A stretch of 64,000 nucleotides of DNA from Promethearchaeota archaeon (GCA_016839555.1 JAEOUA010000001.1:64001-128000); one strand, 5' to 3'; shown: positions 42,597 to 52,972, counted from the first letter of the stretch. The notes: a model not told the origin generated them from the letters alone. A program made the numbers and translations.

Positions 42597-43057
42597 AGCT
42601 TATTATTGATACAAATGTATTAATCTCCGGCTTATTGAAAGATTCAATAACTAGAGAACTGCTTCTTAATGAATCATTTGAATTTTATTTTCCTGAAATC
42701 GTCATGCTTGAAGTAAAAAAATACCTTCCTTATATTATTCAAAAATCAGGGCTAACTGAGAAAGATATAAAAAAACTTCTAAATATTTTATTTGAGAATT
42801 TAAATTTAGTTCCTATTAATGAATATGAAATAAACATAGATAAAGCTTAGAAGATTATGGGTAAAATCGATGAGAAGGATACCCCTTTCATAGCTCTTGC
42901 TTTATCAATTGAAAACGATGGTATATGGTTTAATGATAAACATTTTGATATGCAAAAGAAAATTAAAGTCTATAAAACTATTGATATCATTAATCTTTTA
43001 GAGAATAAAACTGATAAAGCACTTAGAAATTCTGATAAAAATCATGAAAATTATTAA
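42593..43057 (+). pseudogene. PIN-domain (VapC-like) toxin interrupted by an in-frame TAG at 42848-42850
   Basis: IIDTNVLIS..EV.. then KA*KIMGKIDEKDTPFIALALS..GIWFNDKHF in a single frame. Confidence 0.85.
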
Positions 43058-43320
43058 AGCAAGGGAAAGTTTGAGTGAGGGAAATGATTTTTCTTAACTC
43101 AAGATCCTCCTCATTCCGAGCATCGGTCGGTTGGGTCAGATTGATCATCAAAATCAAAATTTCCCTCTAATATTATAAAATTCTGTTCTAAATTAACTTG
43201 ACTATCATTATTTTTAATAATAATTTTTTATTGCAAATTCCTTTTCACTTTCGCGAGATTATAATCAATGGAGTTCATGTTTGAGTTAATAAATGAAAAT
43301 CAAATGTTTCACTATGTAAT

Positions 43321-43632
43321 TTAGTTTCGTTTTATCCCTTCTTGAATAGTTTTCCATATTACTTCAAGATTAACACCAAAATAACCATGTATTAATTTAT
43401 CTCTAATAGCCGCCATCTCTTGCCATGGAATAGACTTGTTTTTATTTTTTATACGAGGTGGAATCTTTTTTGCTGCTTCACCGATAATTTCAAAACATCG
43501 AACTACAGCATAATTGGTCTTATCATCAGAAAAAAATTTGTCATAACTCATACCTTTTGTAAACTTTTTTATTTTTGTAATAGAATCAAGAATATCGTTA
43601 AGAAAATCAATGAATTCACGTTTAGAACTCAA
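43321..43632 (-). CDS. HEPN/DUF86 ribonuclease toxin (HepT-like), C-terminus apparently shortened
   Basis: FLNDILDSI, AVVRCFEIIGEAAK, IPWQEMAAIRDKLIHGYFGV (Rx4H motif). Confidence 0.88.
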   Translation of the reverse strand: MSSKREFIDFLNDILDSITKIKKFTKGMSYDKFFSDDKTNYAVVRCFEIIGEAAKKIPPRIKNKNKSIPWQEMAAIRDKLIHGYFGVNLEVIWKTIQEGIKRN

Positions 43633-43973
43633 ATCTCTACAACCTCGCTTAAAATATGCTAACTTATCTCAGGTCTTAATGCATCTTTCATCACTAAGTC
43701 TACTTTAAGATTAAGGACGTCACTAAGATATTTTTCAAGGCGAATAAATTGAAATAATGTTGGGGTTTCATTAAAACTCACTAGAATATCTAAATCACTG
43801 CCCTGTTTTTCTTCGCCTTTAATATAAGAGCCGAAAATCCCAAAATATTGAATGTGATACCTTTTCCTTAAAGAAGGTAATTCCTTTTCTAAAATTTCTA
43901 TAATATTTTGAAGAGAAGGTGGTTTATTTAATTGCTCTTCCATCTTTTTAAGAGTTTGTTTATTAAATTCCAC
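43629..43973 (-). CDS. Minimal nucleotidyltransferase antitoxin (MntA-like) with premature TAG at 43659-43661
   Basis: IFGSYIKGE..SDLDILV..KVDLV. After the TAG the frame continues HILSEVVEI*, ending in a TTGA overlap with the HEPN start. Confidence 0.85.
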
Positions 43974-44278
43974 TTGGGAGGATCTATACTATTAAAGAAT
44001 AATTTTGCGTAATTTATAATATTTTAATGTTTAAATAAATTTTTAGGTAAATGGCAGCTAAGGTTTTAAGTATAGGAAAAATTAAGCAAATTAATTTTTA
44101 GTTTTTTCCCTTATCAAATTGTTTTTTCTCGATTAAAAGATTGAGAATTAATCAGATAATATTAGAATTATCAAAAATTTTATTTTGGATAATATATATT
44201 TTATAATATTAAAATATTAAGAGAAAAATATTATTTTAGTTATACATTCCTAAAACATCCAAATATACGGTATAAAAA

Positions 44279-44452
44279 ATGAAATGTGAATGTCCTGCCT
44301 GTTATTTTGTATTTGAAATGGATGATGACACAATAGTGGGAGAGGTAGTACCTTGTCCCGATTGTGGAGTCGATCTTGAAGTTATGGAAATTGAAAATGG
44401 AAAGGTAACAGCTCAAATAGCAGAAATTGCGGAAGAGGATTGGGGAGAATAA
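44279..44452 (+). CDS. lysW: LysW amino-group carrier protein (57 aa, not in ORF track)
   Basis: Manual translation gives MKCECPACYFVFEMDDDTIVGEVVPCPDCGVDLEVMEIENGKVTAQIAEIAEEDWGE*: two CxxC and the terminal EDWGE signature. Confidence 0.95.
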   Translation: MKCECPACYFVFEMDDDTIVGEVVPCPDCGVDLEVMEIENGKVTAQIAEIAEEDWGE

Positions 44453-44687
44453 CTTTCAAAACCTTAATTTTTAGATAAAAATATTCTAAGCTTGAAACTT
44501 TCCTAATTTCTTCTAAATTTTATTCTTTTTTGCAAGATAAATATAAATATTATAATATTTGAATTTTCTAATTTTAAATTATTGAAAAAATTCTTTTAGA
44601 TTTGAAATATAAAAAATTAGGTATTGAGTTTTTATGTAATTCTTTATTATTTTAAAAAGATAAAGATAACTAAAGGAAGAAACAAAA

Positions 44688-45263
44688 ATGGATCGAACAG
44701 AAAAACTTACAAGAGAAACAAAAGAAACAAAAGTAACTGTAGAATTAAATTTGGATGGTTCTGGCAAAAATGATATAGATATCGGCTATAAATTTATGAA
44801 TCATATGCTTACATTATTTTCTCGACATGGAAATATCGATTTAAATATCAAAGCTTCAGGAGATTTAACTCATCATGTAATTGAAGACGTCGGAATTACT
44901 CTTGGACAATGTATTTTAAAAGCTTTAGGAGATAAAAAAGGGATAAATCGATATGGATCGGCGCTCATCCCAATGGATGAATCCTTGGCTCGTTGTGCTA
45001 TTGATTTCTGTGGGAGAAAAGCACTGATCCTCGATTTAAAACTGAATGAGGAGTGTAATATAGAAGATGTTGCGGTAGAAGATATAAAACATTTTTTTAA
45101 TTCTTTTGCCGAGAACGCGAAGATGAATTTACATTTAGAAGTATTATATGGCTCAAATGATCATCATAAGACAGAAGCAGCTTTTAAAGCATTAGCAAGA
45201 TCAATAAAGCAAGCAAAAACTATTGTGTCTGATGAGATTCCCTCCACCAAAGGTATATTATAA
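44688..45263 (+). CDS. hisB: Imidazoleglycerol-phosphate dehydratase
   Basis: RETKET, FMNHML, HHVIEDVG, PMDESLA, NDHHKTEAAFKA, PSTKG. Confidence 0.96.
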   Translation: MDRTEKLTRETKETKVTVELNLDGSGKNDIDIGYKFMNHMLTLFSRHGNIDLNIKASGDLTHHVIEDVGITLGQCILKALGDKKGINRYGSALIPMDESLARCAIDFCGRKALILDLKLNEECNIEDVAVEDIKHFFNSFAENAKMNLHLEVLYGSNDHHKTEAAFKALARSIKQAKTIVSDEIPSTKGIL

Positions 45264-45340
45264 TTTTATTTTATTATTATTTTTCTATAGAACATATTTT
45301 TATTAAAAGATATATCAGACAATATGGTATTTCATAAAAA

Positions 45341-48300
45341 ATGAATATTAATAAGGACTTACAATTAACTTATATTTCTTCTATATATTGGAATAATGAA
45401 ATAAGTGACTTTTCTTTAATTTCTAGTTCTAAAAAAATACCCTCAGATGCGAGCTTTTTTTTAATTTGGATTCCTTTTCAAGATTCCTTGGAGTATTTAG
45501 AAGAAAATATGAAAAAGAACTTTAAGGAGATACCCATAGATAAATTAATCTCTTGTTCTATTAATTTAGTCCTTCCAACTCTAAACGATTCTGGATTTGA
45601 AAATGTATTTCATATAAGGAAAGTTTATGGAAAAATATTACCTATCTTACCAGCTAGTAAATTTCTCAATAAACTAGAAATTTTTGAGAATGAAGACACT
45701 CCTGAATCTTCCAGATTTCTGAGTGATTCAATTATAACTTGGGCTTTATTAACTAAACTTATCTTCGAATTAATAAGCAGAGGGAGCTTTGTACCTGATT
45801 TAGATAAATCATCAGAAAGATTTTATAACGGCCATTGGCGCATAATACTGGAAGATCAATATGATAATGAACGATTTCAAAAAATTTTACATAATTGTCC
45901 TTGGACAGCTCATAATCTTCCAGAAACACTAAAACTAAAAAATAATAATTCATCACCACAACAAAAGTATATTGTTGAGGAATTATGGCATCCTTCATAT
46001 ATATTTTCTGAATATATGGATACTATTGGGGATTTATTAATAAGATCAATATTAATTAAAAATAATTTTCAAACCTTTAATGAATTCTATAATACTGAAA
46101 TACTTAAGGAAAAGAATAGAGAAGTAAATTTGAACTGGGATTATAAATTTTTGAAATCTTTATTAAAAAAAGACACTCGCTTTCATATACAACAATTTCA
46201 TGAAACAATTGTACCAAAATTAATTAAGAATTGGTTAAATATTTCAAGAATATCCACCCTTCGATATGGAATTAAGATTGTTTTGCAATTAGAGTTACCC
46301 AACGACAACCAAGAAGAATGGCCGCTAAATCTTTATATTGCCTTTCAAAACTCACAAAATCTTATTTTATTAAAAGACTTTTTAAAAGGAGAGAGCAACT
46401 TAGATTTAGAAGTTATGGACTTCTTTGAAACTAAGGAAGAATTAATGGAACTAATCTTAAGAAGCTTAGGAAAAATTGTTAAGATATATCCTCCCATAAA
46501 AAAGGCTCTGGATGGTTCCTATCCGAAAGAATTGAAGCTATCATCTTCAGAAGTAATGAATTTTCTTTCTTATCCTAAAGATATATTAATCCAGAGTGGA
46601 TTTAATGTGATTTTACCGGAAGTATTTAAAAAAGGAGGAAAACAAAGATTATCGGCAATAATGATTATTTATTCAGAAGAGGAATTAGAAGAGAAGAAAA
46701 TATCAACATCTTCTATTGCTCCTATGTTTCAATTAAACGATATGTTGAATTTTCGATGGGAGGGAGAACTTGGTGATAAACAATTAGATAAAGAACAATT
46801 TGAAAAACTTATTGATGCCAATCAACCTCTCATTAATATAAAAGGAGAATGGGTCTTAGTGGATCAACAAGATCTTGAGAATATACACAAAATTTTTAAT
46901 TCATCAGCAGAAGTTGGAAACTATACTAAACCTCAAGGAACTATTAAATATCTAGATGCTCTAAAATTAGGTTTATCTAAAGAAGTAGAAGTAGGTACCA
47001 CCGGGATTAATTATAAAGTAATTATAAAGGGACATTTTGAAGAAATTATAAATAAGATAAAAACAATAGAAAAATTTGAAGAAATTTCCATACCAGCTTC
47101 ATTTAATGGAATATTAAGAGAATATCAAAAAGTAGGTTTAACATGGATGGCAAATCTATGTGAATTAAATTTTGGAATGTGCCTTGCAGATGATATGGGT
47201 CTCGGAAAGACCATTCAAGTTATTGCCTTATTGCTGCATTTTAAACAAAAATACCCCCAAAATTTAAATAGTGTTTTAATAATATGCCCTACTTCAGTTT
47301 TATATAATTGGAAAAAAGAAATAAACCGATTTGGACCAGATCTCGATGTGATTTTTCATCATGGACCAGAAAGAGTAAAAAAACTTTCAAAAATCTCTAA
47401 ATATGTCAAATCTCATCGAATAATCCTGACCACTTTTGGTACAATAAGAAATGATGTTGATTTATTAAAGACAATACAATTTACAGGAATTATCGTGGAT
47501 GAATCGCAGAATATGAAAAACTATGAAGCTCAACAAACCCAAGCCATCTATAAATTACAGAGTAACTATCGAATATGTTTGAGTGGAACACCAATAGAAA
47601 ATCGATTAATGGAATTATGGACATTATTCGAGTTTTTAAACCCAGGGCTCTTAGGAGATCAAAAAAAATTCCGAGATAATTTTGTAATTCCCATAGAAAG
47701 ATTCCATAATCAAGACGCGACAGAAAAACTTAAAAAAATCATATCACCCTTTATTCTAAGAAGAGAAAAAAGCGATAAATCCATAATAAAGGATTTGCCG
47801 GAAAAAAATGAAATGAAAATTTATATTGAGTTAAGTGAAATGCAATATGAACTTTATAAAAAATTAGTTCAGGAGACTTTAAAACAATTCGAAAGTACGC
47901 ATGCTGATAAAAAAAATAAAAGTATGTATATATTAACCCTGTTGACAAAACTGAAACAAATTTGCAATCATCCCTTCCAATTTTTACATAAATCAATTTC
48001 TATCGAAGAATTATCAGAAAATTTTGAAAACTTCGTCTCAATGTCTCCAAAATTAGAAAGACTATTAGAAATGATCGATGAAGTTATCAGTAAAGGGGAA
48101 AAAGCGATCATTTTTACTCAATTTACTCAAATGGGAAATATCCTTAAAAAAGTTTTGAGTTATAAATATAATTTTCCCATACTTTATTTTCATGGAAGTG
48201 TTACTGCCGATAAGAGAAAAGAAATAGTGGATGAATTTCAATCTGAAAAACCAAATACTCCGCCCCTCTTAATTTTGTCTCTTCGAGCAGGAGGTTTAGG

Positions 48301-48571
48301 TCTTAATTTAACAGCAGCAACTACGGTATTTCATTACGATAGATGGTGGAATCCTGCTGTAGAAAAGCAAGCAACAGATAGAGCATACCGAATCGGTCAA
48401 ACAGAAAGCGTAAATGTGTATAAATTCATTATGGCAGATACTATTGAGGAGAAAATAGATAAACTTATTGAAGAGAAAAAAGAGTTAGCTGATATGGTTA
48501 TAGCTACTGGAGAGTCATGGATTTCAGAATTAAATGACGAAAAAATTAAGGAATTAATTTCATTAGAATAA
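45341..48571 (+). CDS. SNF2-family helicase-like ATPase with long N-terminal region
   Basis: LREYQ, LADDMGLGKT, DESQNMKN, SGTPIENRLMELW, KLKQICNHP, SLRAGGLGLNL, WWNPAVEKQATDRAYRIGQ. Confidence 0.94.
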   Translation: MNINKDLQLTYISSIYWNNEISDFSLISSSKKIPSDASFFLIWIPFQDSLEYLEENMKKNFKEIPIDKLISCSINLVLPTLNDSGFENVFHIRKVYGKILPILPASKFLNKLEIFENEDTPESSRFLSDSIITWALLTKLIFELISRGSFVPDLDKSSERFYNGHWRIILEDQYDNERFQKILHNCPWTAHNLPETLKLKNNNSSPQQKYIVEELWHPSYIFSEYMDTIGDLLIRSILIKNNFQTFNEFYNTEILKEKNREVNLNWDYKFLKSLLKKDTRFHIQQFHETIVPKLIKNWLNISRISTLRYGIKIVLQLELPNDNQEEWPLNLYIAFQNSQNLILLKDFLKGESNLDLEVMDFFETKEELMELILRSLGKIVKIYPPIKKALDGSYPKELKLSSSEVMNFLSYPKDILIQSGFNVILPEVFKKGGKQRLSAIMIIYSEEELEEKKISTSSIAPMFQLNDMLNFRWEGELGDKQLDKEQFEKLIDANQPLINIKGEWVLVDQQDLENIHKIFNSSAEVGNYTKPQGTIKYLDALKLGLSKEVEVGTTGINYKVIIKGHFEEIINKIKTIEKFEEISIPASFNGILREYQKVGLTWMANLCELNFGMCLADDMGLGKTIQVIALLLHFKQKYPQNLNSVLIICPTSVLYNWKKEINRFGPDLDVIFHHGPERVKKLSKISKYVKSHRIILTTFGTIRNDVDLLKTIQFTGIIVDESQNMKNYEAQQTQAIYKLQSNYRICLSGTPIENRLMELWTLFEFLNPGLLGDQKKFRDNFVIPIERFHNQDATEKLKKIISPFILRREKSDKSIIKDLPEKNEMKIYIELSEMQYELYKKLVQETLKQFESTHADKKNKSMYILTLLTKLKQICNHPFQFLHKSISIEELSENFENFVSMSPKLERLLEMIDEVISKGEKAIIFTQFTQMGNILKKVLSYKYNFPILYFHGSVTADKRKEIVDEFQSEKPNTPPLLILSLRAGGLGLNLTAATTVFHYDRWWNPAVEKQATDRAYRIGQTESVNVYKFIMADTIEEKIDKLIEEKKELADMVIATGESWISELNDEKIKELISLE

Positions 48572-48600
48572 AAATTTCAAATTGTTAATAATTAGAAAAA

Positions 48601-49521
48601 ATGAACGAAAAAAGAGATTATAGAAAGCTATCAGATAGAAATTATTATCCTAAGATGGATAAACGAAAAAAACATGAAGAAGTAAAGCAAATTAAAGAAG
48701 ATTTAATTAATTATGCGAAAACTTCTTGGGGAAAAAAGTGGATCCATTCCATCTTAAAAATAGGTCGTCCTTATAGGATGCGTCGAGCGATGAAATATGC
48801 AGAAGATGAAGAGAGAATTAGTAATTTAGTAATAAAAAAAGGAGAAATTTTTTCATTAGTTCAAGGGACAGCTCCCACCCCATATCGAGTAAGAATTTTC
48901 TTTAAACCAATTCCTGAGAAGGCATGGCAAGAAATTGAAAAGGAGATCTCCAAAAATCTACTTAATTTAATCCATTTGTTAGAAGGTAATTTATCCGACG
49001 AAATTATTGAAATTTTTGAGAAAAAAAATTATTCTCTATTTTATGATATTTCAGAAGGATTTAATGCGAGATGTTCTTGTCCAGATCAAGCTATACCTTG
49101 TAAACATATTGCTGCTACTATACTTTATGTTTCTAGAGTTGTGGACTATAATCCATTAATTCTCTTAAAACTTAAAGGAAAAAAGAAAAAAGAATTATTG
49201 TCAGAACTAAATATCGGCAGAAATATTGCGATAGAGCCAGCTGATAAGGCATCTAATAAGCAAATGATTAGCAAGAAAACCTCATATTACTCGTTTAATG
49301 TACCTAAAATATCAACAAAAGAGATTAAGATTCAAAAATCCTTAAGGGACGATATAAAAGATATTAATTTTCAATTTAGCAAACCAGGTAAGGTTATAGA
49401 AACATTAGAAAATTTAGGCTTGCCACCGAATTTAGAAAATCCCAGAGCTTTTGCTATTGTTCTTGATAAAATTTATAGAACTATAACAACTGAAGCATAT
49501 AAAATATCACTCTCAAAATAG
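48601..49521 (+). CDS. SWIM zinc-finger protein (SNF2 partner)
   Basis: SWGKKW, VQGTAPTPYRV, CSCPD..PCKHIAA. Confidence 0.9.
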   Translation: MNEKRDYRKLSDRNYYPKMDKRKKHEEVKQIKEDLINYAKTSWGKKWIHSILKIGRPYRMRRAMKYAEDEERISNLVIKKGEIFSLVQGTAPTPYRVRIFFKPIPEKAWQEIEKEISKNLLNLIHLLEGNLSDEIIEIFEKKNYSLFYDISEGFNARCSCPDQAIPCKHIAATILYVSRVVDYNPLILLKLKGKKKKELLSELNIGRNIAIEPADKASNKQMISKKTSYYSFNVPKISTKEIKIQKSLRDDIKDINFQFSKPGKVIETLENLGLPPNLENPRAFAIVLDKIYRTITTEAYKISLSK

Positions 49522-49538
49522 AAAATTTCCCTAAAAAT

Positions 49539-49700
49539 TTAATAGTCTGGTCTATCCTTCTTTCTTGATTGTAAATTCTGAAGTATTTTATCCCATTTAT
49601 TTGCTAATTCCTTATTTCCAGCTTCTTTAACATATAAAATTGAGCGATTTAAGATTTTCATAATTTTTTCTTCAGAGGGCGAAAAATTTCTTTCTTCCAT
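49539..49700 (-). CDS. Small hypothetical protein (53 aa, not in ORF track)
   Basis: Manual translation gives MEERNFSPSEEKIMKILNRSILYVKEAGNKELANKWDKILQNLQSRKKDRPDY*. It fills the intergenic gap and has amphipathic helices. Confidence 0.5.
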   Translation of the reverse strand: MEERNFSPSEEKIMKILNRSILYVKEAGNKELANKWDKILQNLQSRKKDRPDY

Positions 49701-49847
49701 ATTATAGACTCTTCATTATCTTAAAAAAAAAGGAATATATTATTGAGATATTAGTGTTTGAATTATTTTCATATTATATATAAACTTAATAATTATGATA
49801 ATTATATTTACAATAAAGACTAAAAACTGAATTCAAGTTAAACAAAA

Positions 49848-50804
49848 ATGGAAAACTTGCTGAATAATTTATTAGAAAACTACATGGAGATCATAGATGA
49901 CATTTTAGCAGTAGCGATTGTTGATAAAAATGGATTAATAATCACTTCTAAGAAACGAGAGAGCTCAGAAAAAGGTTCAGACCAAGTGATAGGAGTGATC
50001 TCTGCGGTACTTGAAGGTTATATAGACCGCCTTAAAAAAGAATTTGATACTAAAAGCACCTTTTTTAATATTACAGAGACCGGTGACAAGAAGTTTACAT
50101 TCTGTTCAAAAGGTCAAAATACCATTTTAGCAACTATTTCAGAATTGGAAACCTCTAATACAGAATTAAGGGTTCTCTCAGAATACGTAGCAGGTCAGAT
50201 CGAATTATTAATTGAAGGGAAAGAAAACTTCACTATAAAAATACCTCATATTATCCAAGTACTCTCAAAAACACGTAGCGGAAAGTTTCCTGAGGGAGAA
50301 TATTCGGTAAAATTAATAATTACCGGTGATTCTAAAGTTGGAAAGACGAGTTTAGTAAGAAGGTTTGTAGAAAATAAGTTTAATGAGGAATATATAACAA
50401 CCATGGGAGTTGATATTACAAAACATGTAGTAAACATTGATGATCGAGCAGAAATCAATTTTATCATTTGGGACATTGGTGGACAAAATTTTACACCATA
50501 TAGAACCAAATTTTATAACGGAGCTAATTGTGCGATGATTATTATTGATAGAACCCGTCAAAAGACTTTAGAAACTATTGAAGGATGGTATAATGATATA
50601 AAAGAATCTGTAAAAAAAGAAATTCCCATTGTTATAGTTGCCAATAAAAGCGATCTTGTTAATGAAATTGAATTAGAAGAAAAAGAGATAAAGCAACAAG
50701 CGGATAAATTTGGATTTAATTTTATCATCAGCTCAGCTAAGACGGGCGAAAACGTATCTACAGCATTTTTATATATGGGCTATAAATTTTTGGAAAATTT
50801 ATAA
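49848..50804 (+). CDS. Roadblock/LC7 (MglB-like) domain fused to a Rab-like small GTPase
   Basis: N-terminal ILAVAIVDKNGLIITS..IGVISAVL (Roadblock). C-terminal GDSKVGKT, YITTMG, WDIGGQ, ANKSD, SSAKTG. Confidence 0.88.
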   Translation: MENLLNNLLENYMEIIDDILAVAIVDKNGLIITSKKRESSEKGSDQVIGVISAVLEGYIDRLKKEFDTKSTFFNITETGDKKFTFCSKGQNTILATISELETSNTELRVLSEYVAGQIELLIEGKENFTIKIPHIIQVLSKTRSGKFPEGEYSVKLIITGDSKVGKTSLVRRFVENKFNEEYITTMGVDITKHVVNIDDRAEINFIIWDIGGQNFTPYRTKFYNGANCAMIIIDRTRQKTLETIEGWYNDIKESVKKEIPIVIVANKSDLVNEIELEEKEIKQQADKFGFNFIISSAKTGENVSTAFLYMGYKFLENL

Positions 50805-50976
50805 TCATATACTTTTTGAATTATGTATTAAAACATGTTTATTGTATTTTTTTAAAAAAATTATTTTAAAAGCGAATAATTTATTATTATTAAAAATAAG
50901 GAGGTTTGAGTTAACAATAGTACTTAAAGTACAATTCAATGATGTATTAGCGACTTGAGATGCACAAGGATACTTA

Positions 50977-51840
50977 ATGGGGTTCTCTATTAAAGAATTG
51001 ACTTATAAAAATAAATATCTGTTGTTTCTTACAGAACAAGAATATGCAGGACCTTGGTTTAGTTTTAAACTATATGGAGAAAACGTGGGAACAATTCCTG
51101 TGATCCTTAAAAATATTGAACCGACTCCAATTTATAAATTGGTAAATAGCAAGAAAGGCACATTTGTAGATCGGATAACTCTTGATTTTGATATCAAAGA
51201 ATATTTAAAAAAACTTATCAAGGATGGAAAAATTGATTCGATAGAATTTACTAGAGAAGAGCTCTATATCAGATTATTTATTGATGTATTTAATAAACCA
51301 AAAGTGCCTTACATAAACACGTTTTTTACCTTTAAAAATATATCGGATTATGATTTAATAGATTTCAATATTTATTTTGTATTCGATTTTGATATAAATG
51401 GATTAGAAGGATTTGACAATGACTTATCAGGATATGATAAAGATAATGATATTTTATACCAATATGACAACACAAATCTACATGGTGGATTTTCTCCAAT
51501 CTCTAAATCTACAAATTTCGAAACATGTCTTACAAAAGATTTTGAAATTAATGAAAATCATTTAAATTTATCAAATACTCTATATGAAGAGCCTGGAGAA
51601 ATTTTATCAGCCTTACAGATTGAATTCAAGACATTACAACCAGAACAGACTTTTCAAACAGCATTAACTGTATCAGGAGGATTAAACAAACAAGAATTAA
51701 TTGAAAATATTCGAGATGGAAAGTCAAATGCTATCAAATTTCTAAACCAAGTAAATAGAAATGTCAAATCAAAACAGAGAAATCTCCAAGAACTGGCATT
51801 TGTGTCATTAAATCTTCAAGAAGCAAAAGACTGCGATTAA
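50977..51840 (+). CDS. Hypothetical beta-rich protein
   Basis: 287-aa ORF rich in aromatic beta-strands (FTFKNISDYDLIDFNIYFVFDFDI). No confident family. Confidence 0.7.
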   Translation: MGFSIKELTYKNKYLLFLTEQEYAGPWFSFKLYGENVGTIPVILKNIEPTPIYKLVNSKKGTFVDRITLDFDIKEYLKKLIKDGKIDSIEFTREELYIRLFIDVFNKPKVPYINTFFTFKNISDYDLIDFNIYFVFDFDINGLEGFDNDLSGYDKDNDILYQYDNTNLHGGFSPISKSTNFETCLTKDFEINENHLNLSNTLYEEPGEILSALQIEFKTLQPEQTFQTALTVSGGLNKQELIENIRDGKSNAIKFLNQVNRNVKSKQRNLQELAFVSLNLQEAKDCD

Positions 51841-52045
51841 TAAAAATGATGATTCAAATAAAAAAAGCCAGAGATGGGCATTTATTTGATGAATACCTTG
51901 CAAGAGGAAGTATTAATCAAATCGAATTTATCTACTTTTAATTATTTTAAGCATATTTGTAAAAATTATCAAAAGTTTTATATTCTATTGAAGTTCTTAA
52001 TTTTATATAAAAAACAATATAGAAGAAAAATATTATTTTGCTTTT

Positions 52046-52972
52046 ATGGAAAATAGCGATTTAAAGGTCTTTAAACTTCTTTACTCTGGAGAAATAAAAG
52101 AACAAACGCTGGAAAGCGGAAACTTAGTAGATATTTTTTCTAATTTTAGCGTCTTAGCTTTTTATATCGGTAAAAATAAACGTTTATATACTTGGATAGG
52201 CGAAGATGCATCTAGAACCTTAAAAAATTATATTGTAAATATGCGACAAGCTTTTTCAGAAGAATATCCTTATATGAGAGTATTGAGATATATAACAGAG
52301 GATTCTATTGAATCTATGAGTGAGAATGATGAATTTTTCTCAGATATTGGGATTTTAAAAGAAAATATCGTTAAACATTTAGAATTGGAAAAAAGTAAGT
52401 ATGAAGAAGAACTTCAAACCAAAATAAATAATCTCAAAGAGGAAGCAGATTCGTTTTTTGAAAATGAAAACTTCGAAAAGGCTATTGAAATTTCAAAAAC
52501 GATAATTGAGCTTGCAAAAGAAACACAAGATAAAAAATTGATAGAGGATCAGGAAGCATTTATATCTGAAGCAGAAGCAAGAATGAAAGCAAAATTTATA
52601 TTAACAGAAATTAGAGAAGAAAGTAAAAAAATTAAAAAAAGATATTTAGAAGCAAAAAAGAATAATATACAGATTAAAGCATTATATAATTATGTTCAAA
52701 CATTTAAGAAAAATTATGAGCAATATCTTACTTTGCCTGCCTTAGAAACTATACAGAGATTAATTTTAAATGTGGAAGAACTATGGTCTGAATATTTTTC
52801 TAAAATAAAGAAACAAGACCAAATAGAAGAAGATATGGAAATAATCAATTCTCTTAGGGAAAAAGGTAAGGATAAATTGAATAAGGGATCTTTATCGGAA
52901 GCTCATAAATATTTTGAAAAAATAACGGTTAAAATTAATAAACTTTTAAAAAAGACTAGTGAGAATATATGA
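52046..52972 (+). CDS. Gelsolin-like domain + helical (TPR/MIT-like) repeat protein
   Basis: VFKL..IFSNFSVLAFY..KRLYTWIGEDAS..ENDEFF follows the gelsolin-domain pattern. C-terminal FENENFEKAIEISKTIIELA repeat. Confidence 0.6.
   Translation: MENSDLKVFKLLYSGEIKEQTLESGNLVDIFSNFSVLAFYIGKNKRLYTWIGEDASRTLKNYIVNMRQAFSEEYPYMRVLRYITEDSIESMSENDEFFSDIGILKENIVKHLELEKSKYEEELQTKINNLKEEADSFFENENFEKAIEISKTIIELAKETQDKKLIEDQEAFISEAEARMKAKFILTEIREESKKIKKRYLEAKKNNIQIKALYNYVQTFKKNYEQYLTLPALETIQRLILNVEELWSEYFSKIKKQDQIEEDMEIINSLREKGKDKLNKGSLSEAHKYFEKITVKINKLLKKTSENI

Noticed and set aside
43058-43320. Slightly GC-richer patch between the two TA modules (possible ncRNA or att site)
   Set aside because: No convincing stem-loop or flanking direct repeat. 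It looks like degraded coding debris.
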